From Acidimicrobiia bacterium (GTDB lineage Bacteria; Actinomycetota; Acidimicrobiia; Spongiisociales; ZC4RG35): a stretch of DNA of 64,000 bases. The stretch's first letter is position 1, and each line of letters opens with the position of its first letter. The position numbers and the translations under genes were made by a program. Under the pieces are notes generated by a model. It had not been told where the DNA came from. It made no database searches and saw only the letters and a list, made by a program, of their open reading frames with translations. This document shows positions 52,826 through 61,188 of the stretch, in pieces. The stretch is from the NCBI GenBank assembly GCA_041747855.1, contig JBGTEJ010000050.1, positions 30,127 through 94,126 of the forward strand, read 5' to 3'.

Positions 52826-53653
52826 ATGACAACAACCGATACGGCACCGAGGGCGGTGCCCAGGGTTGGCACTTCCCTCATTTTGGTGTCGGTGCTCGGC
52901 TCCACGCTGGGCATCCTCGTGGCACAGTTTTTGGACAATCTCGGGGTGGGGCTGCTTGCCGAGATCATGGGCGGCGATGCGGTGGTATTCAACAATCGCG
53001 TCGAGCTCGAAGGCGTATCCGATCTCGCATGGGCCGGGGGTTTCCTTCTCTGTCTCATCGTAGGCTTCAGTTGTCTGATCGCCTATCCCAACCTCCGTGA
53101 TCGCGGTGCCGGTAGGTTGGTTTTCCTCTGGGTGCTGTTGCACACATTGCGTCAGGCCATGACCGCGGCGATCAACCTTCCCATGGACGAAACCAGTCGT
53201 CTGGCCAGGGCTTATGCCACGCTCGAGGCCCCTGGAGGTCTTGACGTCGTCATCGCGGCGGGTGGGGCGATAGGGCTCCTTCTCATCGCCCTGTCGGCGG
53301 CCGCCGCCTTCCTCGCGTTCGCACCACACCGCAAAGTGGTGTCAACTGGCAAGAAGCGTCTGACCTTCGCGCTTTGGGTGATCCTGATCCCGGCAGTGGC
53401 TGCGGCCTTCCTGGCGATCCCGTTCTTCATGCCGGACGCCGAGAGCTTGGTGGTGAGGATGTTGCCATTCACCCCGATCATGTTCCTCGCCACCCTCGCC
53501 GCGGCACCCGGGACCACGACGGTTCAGGGGCCCGACGAGGAGCGGATGACCCGGTTCCCGTGGGGGTTGCTCATCTTCCTGGGCGTGGTGTTGGTGGTCC
53601 ACGTCTGGATCCTCCGCGGAGGTTTCAGCGTCGACCCCCGTCAGTGGGGCTAG
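52826..53653 (+). CDS. Hypothetical integral membrane protein
   Basis: It has about 7 hydrophobic segments and no family was recognised. The start is ambiguous: TTG 52793, GTG 52814 and ATG 52826 are all in frame. Confidence 0.55.
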   Translation: MTTTDTAPRAVPRVGTSLILVSVLGSTLGILVAQFLDNLGVGLLAEIMGGDAVVFNNRVELEGVSDLAWAGGFLLCLIVGFSCLIAYPNLRDRGAGRLVFLWVLLHTLRQAMTAAINLPMDETSRLARAYATLEAPGGLDVVIAAGGAIGLLLIALSAAAAFLAFAPHRKVVSTGKKRLTFALWVILIPAVAAAFLAIPFFMPDAESLVVRMLPFTPIMFLATLAAAPGTTTVQGPDEERMTRFPWGLLIFLGVVLVVHVWILRGGFSVDPRQWG

Positions 53654-56370
53654 TGCGAGCGGGCCGGGTCGTTGGCTTCCGGGTCGATCTGATATCGCCT
53701 GAACGCATCCTCGACGGCTGAGGAGTCCACTCTGCCGATTCTGGCGAGTGTCGCCAGAGTGGCGGCGACCACATGTCCGGTGTCGGTTTCGAAGAAGCGA
53801 CGCAGAGCCTGGCGAGAGTCCGACCTTCCGTAACCGTCGGTTCCAAGAGTGATGAACTCACCTGGAACCCACCGCGCCACTTGGTCGGGCACCATGGTCA
53901 TGAAGTCGGTGACTGCCACGGTGGGCCCGTCGGCCGATGAGAGAAGTCGGGTGACCAGGGGGACCCTGACATCCTGTTCGGGGTGGAGTCTGTTCCACCG
54001 GTCGACGTGGAGAGCTTCTTCGCGGAGTCTCTTGTACGAGGTCGCCGACCACAACTCGGCGCCGACGCCGTAGTGTTCGGCGAGGTCCGCGGCGGCAGCC
54101 CTCGCCGCCAGATGGGCCGTTCCCGAGAACAGGATCTTGACGTCGCTCGATGTCCCTTCAGGTGCTGCCGCCCAGAGATAGAGGCCGTCGAGGATTCCCC
54201 GGTCAACTCCCTCCGGCTTGGCTGGTTGTGCGTAGTTCTCGTTGTAGAGAGTCAGGTAGTAGAAGATGTCCTCCGGATCGGGTCCGTACATGCGCCGGAT
54301 TCCGTCTTCGACGATCGTGCCGAGCTCGTAGGCAAATGACGGGTCATAGGACTGGCAGACGGGAACGGTCGAGGACAACACCAGACTGTGACCGTCTTGA
54401 TGTTGGAGTCCTTCGCCAGCGAGAGTGGTTCTTCCGGCGGTCGCCCCCAGCAAGAACCCCTTGGCCCGGGCATCGCTGGCCGACCAGATCAGATCTCCGA
54501 CTCTCTGGAATCCGAACATCGAATAGAAGATGAAGAAGGGGACCATGGGCACACCACGGGTCGCGTACGATGTGGCCGCTGCCGTCCATGAGGCCAGGGA
54601 CCCGGCCTCGGTGATTCCCTCCTCGAGGATCTGTCCGTCTTGCGATTCGGTGTAGGACAGAAGCATCGAGGCGTCCACGGGCTCGTACAACTGACCCCGG
54701 GAGGCGTATATCTTCAACTCCCGGAACAGTGAGTCCATCCCGAAAGTGCGCGCCTCGTCCGGGACGATTGGAACCACGTGGCTCCCGAACCCTTCCACCC
54801 GGCTGAGAGATCGGATGAGACGGGTGAAAGCCGATGTCGTCGAAGCCTCGACCTTGCCCGAGCCGGCATAGACCTCGGCATAAGTCTCAGAGGACGGGAG
54901 GGGCAGGCTGACCGGGTCCACGACCCTTCGGGGGACGAATCCGCCGAGGGTCTGTCGGCGCGACATCAGATACTCGTATTCGGGTGTCCCCGGACCGGGT
55001 CGGAAGTAGGGCGGCTCGGCATCGGCGGCAAGTGCCTCGTCCGGGATCTCCTCGTGGAGATGGAGGGTGTCGCGAAGGCCGAGCAGCTGCTTGTTGGTCA
55101 GTTCCTTGATCTGGTGGGTGGCGTTCCTGCCCTCCACGTCCGGTCCCAGGGTCCAACCCTTGATGGTCTTCGCCAGGATGACCGTGGGTCTTCCGTTGTC
55201 GAGTTCGGTGGCCACCTTGAACCCGGCATAGACCTTTCTAAAGTCGAGACCACCACGACGGAGCGCCCAGATCTCGTCGTCCGTCCAGTCATCGACCATT
55301 TCCTTGGTCCGGGGGTCCTTGCCAAAGAAGTGCTCCCTCACGTAGGCGCCGTTCTCGGCCTTGTACCGCTGGTATTCGCCGTCCACCGTGGACCCCATCA
55401 CACTGACCAGGGCACCGTCGGTGTCTTTGGCCAGGAGGTCGTCCCAACCGCTGCCCCAGACCACCTTGATCACGTTCCAGCCCGCCCCACGGAAGACCGC
55501 CTCCAATTCGGTGATTATCTGACCGTTCCCTCTCACCGGCCCGTCGAGCCGTTGCAGGTTGCAGTTGATCACCCATATGAGATTGTCCAATCCTTCTCGG
55601 GTCGCCAGGGAGATCGCCCCGAGACTCTCGGGCTCATCCGTCTCGCCGTCCCCGATGAAGCACCAGACCTTCGATTGTGAGGTGTCGGCGAGGCCGCGGT
55701 TCTGGAGGTAACGGTTGAATCGGGCGTGGTAGATCGAGTTGATCGGGCCGAGTCCCATGGAGACTGTGGGGAACTCCCAGAACTCGGGCATCAGTCGCGG
55801 GTGGGGATAGGAGGAGAGTCCACCACCCCCGATCTCGGCCCTGAATCGGTCGAGATGCTCCTCTGAGAGTCGGCCTTCGAGAAAGGCTCTGGCGTAAATG
55901 CCGGGTGCGGCATGACCCTGGAAGTAGATGTGATCCCCGCCTCCTGGATCGTCGCGTCCTCGGAAGAAGTGGTTGAACCCGACTTCGTAAAGGGCGGCAG
56001 ACGAGGCGAAAGTAGAGAGATGGCCCCCGATGCCCTTCTCACGATGGTTTGCCTTGACCACCATCACCGCCGCATTCCATCGTACGAATCTTCTGATCCG
56101 TTGCTCGAGATCTGCGTCACCAGGGAACTCGGGTTGCTCGTCTACCGGGATGGTGTTGACGTACGGGGTGGTCACCACACCCGGGACGCCAAGCCGGGTC
56201 TCGTGGGCCCTCTGCTGGAGTCGGGCGAGGAGGTACCTGGCACGCATCGGTCCCTTCTCCTCGGCTATGGCATCGAGTGACTCGATCCACTCTTGGGTCT
56301 CGACCGGGTCAGTGTCGACCAGTTGCCGTACGAAGTCCTCACCGATGGTCTCCCCGCGCTTATTGGGCAT
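53650..56370 (-). CDS. aceE: Pyruvate dehydrogenase E1 component, homodimeric type
   Basis: The roughly 906-aa protein is trimmed to MPNKRGETIGEDF (ATG 56370). AceE blocks are present (DPVETQEW..S, GGH.STFASSA, GDGE.DEPE, GPTH). The upstream 62 codons of the track ORF overlap the hydrolase gene. Confidence 0.9.
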   Translation of the reverse strand: MPNKRGETIGEDFVRQLVDTDPVETQEWIESLDAIAEEKGPMRARYLLARLQQRAHETRLGVPGVVTTPYVNTIPVDEQPEFPGDADLEQRIRRFVRWNAAVMVVKANHREKGIGGHLSTFASSAALYEVGFNHFFRGRDDPGGGDHIYFQGHAAPGIYARAFLEGRLSEEHLDRFRAEIGGGGLSSYPHPRLMPEFWEFPTVSMGLGPINSIYHARFNRYLQNRGLADTSQSKVWCFIGDGETDEPESLGAISLATREGLDNLIWVINCNLQRLDGPVRGNGQIITELEAVFRGAGWNVIKVVWGSGWDDLLAKDTDGALVSVMGSTVDGEYQRYKAENGAYVREHFFGKDPRTKEMVDDWTDDEIWALRRGGLDFRKVYAGFKVATELDNGRPTVILAKTIKGWTLGPDVEGRNATHQIKELTNKQLLGLRDTLHLHEEIPDEALAADAEPPYFRPGPGTPEYEYLMSRRQTLGGFVPRRVVDPVSLPLPSSETYAEVYAGSGKVEASTTSAFTRLIRSLSRVEGFGSHVVPIVPDEARTFGMDSLFRELKIYASRGQLYEPVDASMLLSYTESQDGQILEEGITEAGSLASWTAAATSYATRGVPMVPFFIFYSMFGFQRVGDLIWSASDARAKGFLLGATAGRTTLAGEGLQHQDGHSLVLSSTVPVCQSYDPSFAYELGTIVEDGIRRMYGPDPEDIFYYLTLYNENYAQPAKPEGVDRGILDGLYLWAAAPEGTSSDVKILFSGTAHLAARAAAADLAEHYGVGAELWSATSYKRLREEALHVDRWNRLHPEQDVRVPLVTRLLSSADGPTVAVTDFMTMVPDQVARWVPGEFITLGTDGYGRSDSRQALRRFFETDTGHVVAATLATLARIGRVDSSAVEDAFRRYQIDPEANDPARSH

Positions 56371-57313
56371 GCTGGGAGGGTAATGACTGATCGTTGAGGT
56401 GCTCTTCCAGCCAAGGCGTAATGGTGTCGAAGAACCGGACCGGCGCGTCGAGCTGAGGTGTGTGCCCTGTGTCCGGCATCCGAATCTGATCCCAGTCCGA
56501 CCGCAGGGAGCAGAGCCAATCCACTGTTGTCGGTGACACGATCGGATCGTGCTCACCCTGGACCACGAGAGTGGGACATGTTATTTCCCGGATCATGGCC
56601 ACGAAGCTGCTGCGCTTCAGCCAGAGGGAGGCCACCGCCCTGGCACCACCCGGGATTGCATCGACCGCCCACGGCAGCTGGTACCGGGTTTCGGCGACCC
56701 TCACCAGGTCGCGAATAACGTCGGGAGGAACGCGGGACGGTCTGTGGGTGATGCGCTCGAGACCGATCTTGACGATCTCTTGGGGACTGTACTTGTGGCG
56801 GTAGTAGCGGGCGACCACTCGGCCCAGGACTGGTGTCGCCTGCATCATCAGCCGGGTCGCCGTCGGCCATTGCAGGTTCGGGTCGGGGAAGCGGGGAGGG
56901 GTAGCCGGGGAGACCAGGACGAGGGCTCGAACCAGGTCGGGGCTGCCTGCCGCCACCATCTCCGACACCAGTCCGCCCATCGAGTTCCCCACGAGAGTGA
57001 CGGGGTGGTCGAGTGTCAGCAGGAAATCGCGCAACGCCTCCGCATTCGTCTCCGTACTCCAGTCGGTCCGGACCGGAGAAAGTCCGAAGCCGGGGAGGTC
57101 GAGGGCCACCGTCCTGCCGAATCGGGCGAACCGGCTTCCGACCGCGTCCCAGTTGACCGTCGAGCCACCCAGCCCGTGGACGAGGACTATCGGGGCGCCC
57201 TCGCCACCGTGGTCCACCCAGTGGAGGATCCCCGATGCGGTGTTGGCGTATCTACTCACTGTGGTTAAAGGTAACCTCGCACACCGGCAACCCGAAACAG
57301 GATGAAGACTCAC
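56360..57313 (-). CDS. Alpha/beta-fold hydrolase
   Basis: It has the HGLGGS oxyanion region, the nucleophile elbow GNSMGG and a C-terminal His in PDTGHTPQL. Its 3' end overlaps the proposed aceE start by 11 nt. Confidence 0.8.
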   Translation of the reverse strand: MSLHPVSGCRCARLPLTTVSRYANTASGILHWVDHGGEGAPIVLVHGLGGSTVNWDAVGSRFARFGRTVALDLPGFGLSPVRTDWSTETNAEALRDFLLTLDHPVTLVGNSMGGLVSEMVAAGSPDLVRALVLVSPATPPRFPDPNLQWPTATRLMMQATPVLGRVVARYYRHKYSPQEIVKIGLERITHRPSRVPPDVIRDLVRVAETRYQLPWAVDAIPGGARAVASLWLKRSSFVAMIREITCPTLVVQGEHDPIVSPTTVDWLCSLRSDWDQIRMPDTGHTPQLDAPVRFFDTITPWLEEHLNDQSLPSQHAQ

Positions 57314-57315
57314 TG

Positions 57316-58248
57316 ATGGACAACGTTCTCGTCGCCACGGATCTGGCCAAGAAGTTCGGCGACCATGTCGCCGTCGACGGTGTCAGCTTCGTCATCGGCG
57401 AGGGCGAGACATTTGGCCTCCTCGGGCCCAACGGCGCGGGCAAGACCACATCCATATCGATGATCGCCGGCCTTCTGGAGCGGGACCGTGGGACCGTGGA
57501 GGTCGACGGGGAACCTGTCACTACCCGCTCGGTGGCATCCAAGCAGGCTATCGGGCTGGTCCCGCAGGAGTTGGCGATCTACCCCGATCTGACCGCGGTG
57601 GAGAACCTGAGGTTCTTCGGCCGGTTGTATGGGATGGATGGCACATCCCTTGCGAATCGGATCGACGACGTGCTGGAGGTCATCGGGCTCGGGGACCGGG
57701 CCTCAGATCGGACGAGTGAGTTCTCCGGAGGGATGAAGCGAAGGCTGAACATCGGGATCGGTCTCCTACACAGGCCGAAGCTCCTCATCCTCGACGAGCC
57801 GACTGTGGGAGTCGACCCCCAGTCGCGGAATGCCATCCTCGAGGCGGTGGAGAGTCTCTCATCCGAGGGCATGGCGGTCCTCTATACCACCCACTACATG
57901 GAGGAGGCGGAGAGACTTTGCGACCGTGTCGCCATCATCGATGAGGGTCGGATCAAGGCCGAGGGCACCAGACGCGAGCTGGTCTCATTGGTGGGCCAGA
58001 AGGACCGCATCGGCGTCACCGGTGATCTCGCCGGAGCACCGGAGGCGGTGGCGAATTTCCCCGGGGTCTCCGGTGTTTCCACGGGCGACCACCGTATCGA
58101 CATCCTGGTCGAGAACGCCGGTGCCGCCCTTCCCGGGTTGCTGGCGGCGATCAGTGCCTCCGGAGCCACCATCTCAGGTGTCGAGGTGGTCGAGCCCAAC
58201 CTGGAAGCGGTCTTCCTTCATCTGACCGGCAAAGCCCTTCGGGACTGA
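57316..58248 (+). CDS. ABC transporter ATP-binding protein (ABC-2 / DrrA-like)
   Basis: The start is trimmed to MDNVLVATDLAKKFG (ATG 57316). It has Walker A GPNGAGKTT, signature FSGGMKRRL and Walker B LILDEP. Confidence 0.9.
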   Translation: MDNVLVATDLAKKFGDHVAVDGVSFVIGEGETFGLLGPNGAGKTTSISMIAGLLERDRGTVEVDGEPVTTRSVASKQAIGLVPQELAIYPDLTAVENLRFFGRLYGMDGTSLANRIDDVLEVIGLGDRASDRTSEFSGGMKRRLNIGIGLLHRPKLLILDEPTVGVDPQSRNAILEAVESLSSEGMAVLYTTHYMEEAERLCDRVAIIDEGRIKAEGTRRELVSLVGQKDRIGVTGDLAGAPEAVANFPGVSGVSTGDHRIDILVENAGAALPGLLAAISASGATISGVEVVEPNLEAVFLHLTGKALRD

Positions 58249-58249
58249 G

Positions 58250-59431
58250 ATGCGCGCCGCTGTCCGAATCGCCCTCAAAGACCTCAAACTACGCATTCGG
58301 GACAGGTCGGCCTTCATCCTCGGGTTGATCGCTCCTATGACTCTCGCCTTCATCTTCAATCTCATCCTTGGGGGCGCCCTTTCCGGTGACGGGCCCGGGC
58401 TCGATTATGGTCTGGTCGACGGCGATGGCTCTCAGATGTCGTTGGTCTTCGGGGAAGTCCTCGCCAGCCTGGAAGACGCCGACATCATCACACTGGAGCG
58501 CTTCCAGGACCTCGCCGCCGCCGAGGCCGCCCTCGAGGCCGGGGAGGTAAGGGCCTTCTTCGGCATCCCTCCCGGGTTCGGCGTTGCCGTCGAGACCGGT
58601 GGAGCTCCCTCGGTGGCTGTTGTCGGAGACGCGGACAGCCCCAATGCCACCCAGATCGCAGCATCGATAGCCCGGCAGTTCGGAACCGGTGTCGAGGCTG
58701 CCCGGCTCGCCGTTCTCGCGACGGCCGAGATCATGATGTCCCCACCTGAGGTGGTGGTCGGACAACTGACCGGCGATCCAGCGAGCGCGGCGACGAGTTA
58801 CAGCCTCATCGGGGCGACGGCACCGGTCCGGCAACTGAACGCATCGACCTACTTCTCTGCGGGAATGGCCGTCTTTTTCATGTTCTTCACCGTGCAATAC
58901 GGGGTTATCGGACTTCTCGAAGAGGAGAGGGAGGGCACCATGTACCGTCTGCTGGCAGCGCCGATCAGACGCGGGTCCGTGGTGGCAGGTAAGGCACTGA
59001 TGTCCCTGTTGCTCGGTGTGGTCTCGATGTTGGTGCTGGCGGCGGCGACGACCACGCTCATGGGAGCGGACTGGGGCCCGGTGGGTGGTGTCGCCTTGCT
59101 CATAGTGGCCGCGGTCGCAGCTGGAGTCGGCCTGATGGGGATCGGAGGGGCGTTCGCTCGGACGCCTGAAGGGGCGGGCAATCTCGGATCGATCGTGGCA
59201 GTGGTGCTCGGCCTGCTCGGTGGTGTCTTCTTCCCCCTCGGCCAGGGCGACGATCTCCTCGCCAGGGCGAGCCTGATCACACCTCACGCCTGGTTCCTCA
59301 GGGGACTCGGAGACATGGCCGGCGGAGGGAGCTGGACCGACGCTCTTGGCCCGGCATCGGTGCTCCTCGGCTTCGCGGTGGTCTCGGGCGCCGTTTCCGC
59401 CTGGGCGTTCAGCAAGAGGTTGAGCCGATGA
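58250..59431 (+). CDS. ABC-2 type transporter permease
   Basis: An N-terminal TM helix is followed by a large extracytoplasmic loop and a cluster of 5 TM helices. It follows the ATPase gene by 1 nt. Confidence 0.8.
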   Translation: MRAAVRIALKDLKLRIRDRSAFILGLIAPMTLAFIFNLILGGALSGDGPGLDYGLVDGDGSQMSLVFGEVLASLEDADIITLERFQDLAAAEAALEAGEVRAFFGIPPGFGVAVETGGAPSVAVVGDADSPNATQIAASIARQFGTGVEAARLAVLATAEIMMSPPEVVVGQLTGDPASAATSYSLIGATAPVRQLNASTYFSAGMAVFFMFFTVQYGVIGLLEEEREGTMYRLLAAPIRRGSVVAGKALMSLLLGVVSMLVLAAATTTLMGADWGPVGGVALLIVAAVAAGVGLMGIGGAFARTPEGAGNLGSIVAVVLGLLGGVFFPLGQGDDLLARASLITPHAWFLRGLGDMAGGGSWTDALGPASVLLGFAVVSGAVSAWAFSKRLSR

Positions 59432-60591
59432 AGGTCCTGGCCATCGCAGGAGCCAACGTCAAGCGGATGTTTCGCGAGCGCTCCAACATCTTTTTCGTCT
59501 TCATCTTCCCGCTCGCCCTGATCCTGTTGATCGGTGCCCAGTTCGGTGGTGGATTCACCCCCCTGGTCGGGGTCTATAGCCCCGATGGCGACCGGGTGGC
59601 GTCAGCGGTGATGGAGGGTCTCGCTGCCTCTGACGCGATCGACGTCGCGGTCTACGAAGATCGCGCCGGTCTGCTTCGAGCCGTGGAGCGGGGCCAGGTG
59701 AACGCCGGGCTGTTCCTCCCGCCGGAGACCGACCAGGTCGTGGCGTCGGGATCCCAGGTGCCTTTCGAGTTCGTCGCCCGCCCCGACGGATTCGGATCGG
59801 AGCTCCAGTCGGTGGTCGGTTCGGTCATAGCCGAGGTGATGAAGCCGGTAGGTGCGGCAAGGTTCGTCAACGCCGAGACTGGTGTGGGTTTCGAACTTGC
59901 GCTTCCCTTGGCGCAACGCCTAGCCGCCTCGGACCCGGGGTTCGAGATCACCGTTCGATCCGTCGGGGACGCGGTGTTCCCGGCGTCGATGGGGCGGTTC
60001 GACTTGGGAGCCCCCCAGCAGCTCGTCCTCTTCACCTTTCTCACCGGGCTGACGGGATCGGCGGCACTGATCCTCACCCGGCAGCTCGGCCTGAGTCGAA
60101 GGATGCTCTCCACACCCACCTCGGTGTCCACCATCCTGCTAGGGGAGTCGCTGGGGCGATTCGGGGTGGCCATCGTCCAGGGCGTCTATATCGTGGCGGT
60201 GACGCTCATCGCCTTCGGTGTCAACTGGGGTGATCCGATCGGGGTCGCCGCGATTCTCATTGTCCTCTCTGCGGTGGGAGCGGGTGGAGCCATGCTCCTC
60301 GGCTCTGTCTTCAAGAACGTTCAGCAGGCTGGAGGGGTTTCGGTGATCCTCAGCCTCGGCCTCGCCGCACTGGGTGGTGGGATGATGGCGATCGAGTTCT
60401 TCCCACCGACCATGCAGAGAGTGGCGCTCATCACGCCTCACGCATGGGCCATCGATGGATTCTCAGAGTTGATCCGTCATGACGGGACGATCCTGGACAT
60501 CCTGCCCCAGCTCGGCGTGCTTGCCGCCATGGCGGTTGCGCTCCTCGCTCTGGCCACCTGGAGACTCCGGGTGGCAATTACCAGGGCCTGA
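59428..60591 (+). CDS. ABC-2 type transporter permease (paralogue of the preceding gene)
   Basis: It has the same architecture as the upstream permease, including the shared C-terminal motif ITPHAW. There is an ATGA overlap. Confidence 0.8.
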   Translation: MKVLAIAGANVKRMFRERSNIFFVFIFPLALILLIGAQFGGGFTPLVGVYSPDGDRVASAVMEGLAASDAIDVAVYEDRAGLLRAVERGQVNAGLFLPPETDQVVASGSQVPFEFVARPDGFGSELQSVVGSVIAEVMKPVGAARFVNAETGVGFELALPLAQRLAASDPGFEITVRSVGDAVFPASMGRFDLGAPQQLVLFTFLTGLTGSAALILTRQLGLSRRMLSTPTSVSTILLGESLGRFGVAIVQGVYIVAVTLIAFGVNWGDPIGVAAILIVLSAVGAGGAMLLGSVFKNVQQAGGVSVILSLGLAALGGGMMAIEFFPPTMQRVALITPHAWAIDGFSELIRHDGTILDILPQLGVLAAMAVALLALATWRLRVAITRA

Positions 60592-60600
60592 TCTGGTTGA

Positions 60601-61188
60601 ATGCGTCATATGACTGAGGAGAGAAGACCGGTGAGAGGGCGAGTCCTCGTCACGGTGGGCTTCTTCCTCTTCGCTCTAGCCATCTTTGGGCCGATGCTGG
60701 GGCTCCCGCGGAATCCGATCTCCGACCTCTTGGAGAGCCTGGTCTTCTTGCCTTTGATCCTCATCTTCGTGGGGCGCTCGATGCAAAGAAGGGAGAGGCG
60801 GGCAAGTGCGGCCACCAAGCCAACCAGTGTGTCCGATAATCCGTCCTGGATGAACGAGGGGCGACTTCCCACCTTGAGTGAGACGCTTCGCCCCAAACCT
60901 GCTCCGGTGATACCCCGGCCGGCGACTGTCATCCGGCCGGTGCCTTCACCCACTCCCGTCCCATCGGTCAAGCCGGTACCCAAACCCCCCGCCGAGACTG
61001 CGGGCCAGGCTGTTGGCAAGACATCAACTCCGGCTCCGATAGCTCATGGGTCGCAATCCGATGCGATGGTTCAACGGTCTCGGGCGCTGGAGGCCCCGGT
61101 CATGCCGGTCAAAGACGGTGTCAAACCCAGGTCATCCGAGGAGATGATCGCTGACGCCAAGCGACGGCTCAACCGCAAGACTCCCTAG
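60601..61188 (+). CDS. Hypothetical membrane-anchored Pro-rich protein
   Basis: Two N-terminal hydrophobic helices are followed by a Pro/Val/Lys-rich low-complexity tail (PKPAPVIPRPATVIRPVPSPTPVPSVKPVPKPP). No family was recognised. Confidence 0.5.
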   Translation: MRHMTEERRPVRGRVLVTVGFFLFALAIFGPMLGLPRNPISDLLESLVFLPLILIFVGRSMQRRERRASAATKPTSVSDNPSWMNEGRLPTLSETLRPKPAPVIPRPATVIRPVPSPTPVPSVKPVPKPPAETAGQAVGKTSTPAPIAHGSQSDAMVQRSRALEAPVMPVKDGVKPRSSEEMIADAKRRLNRKTP

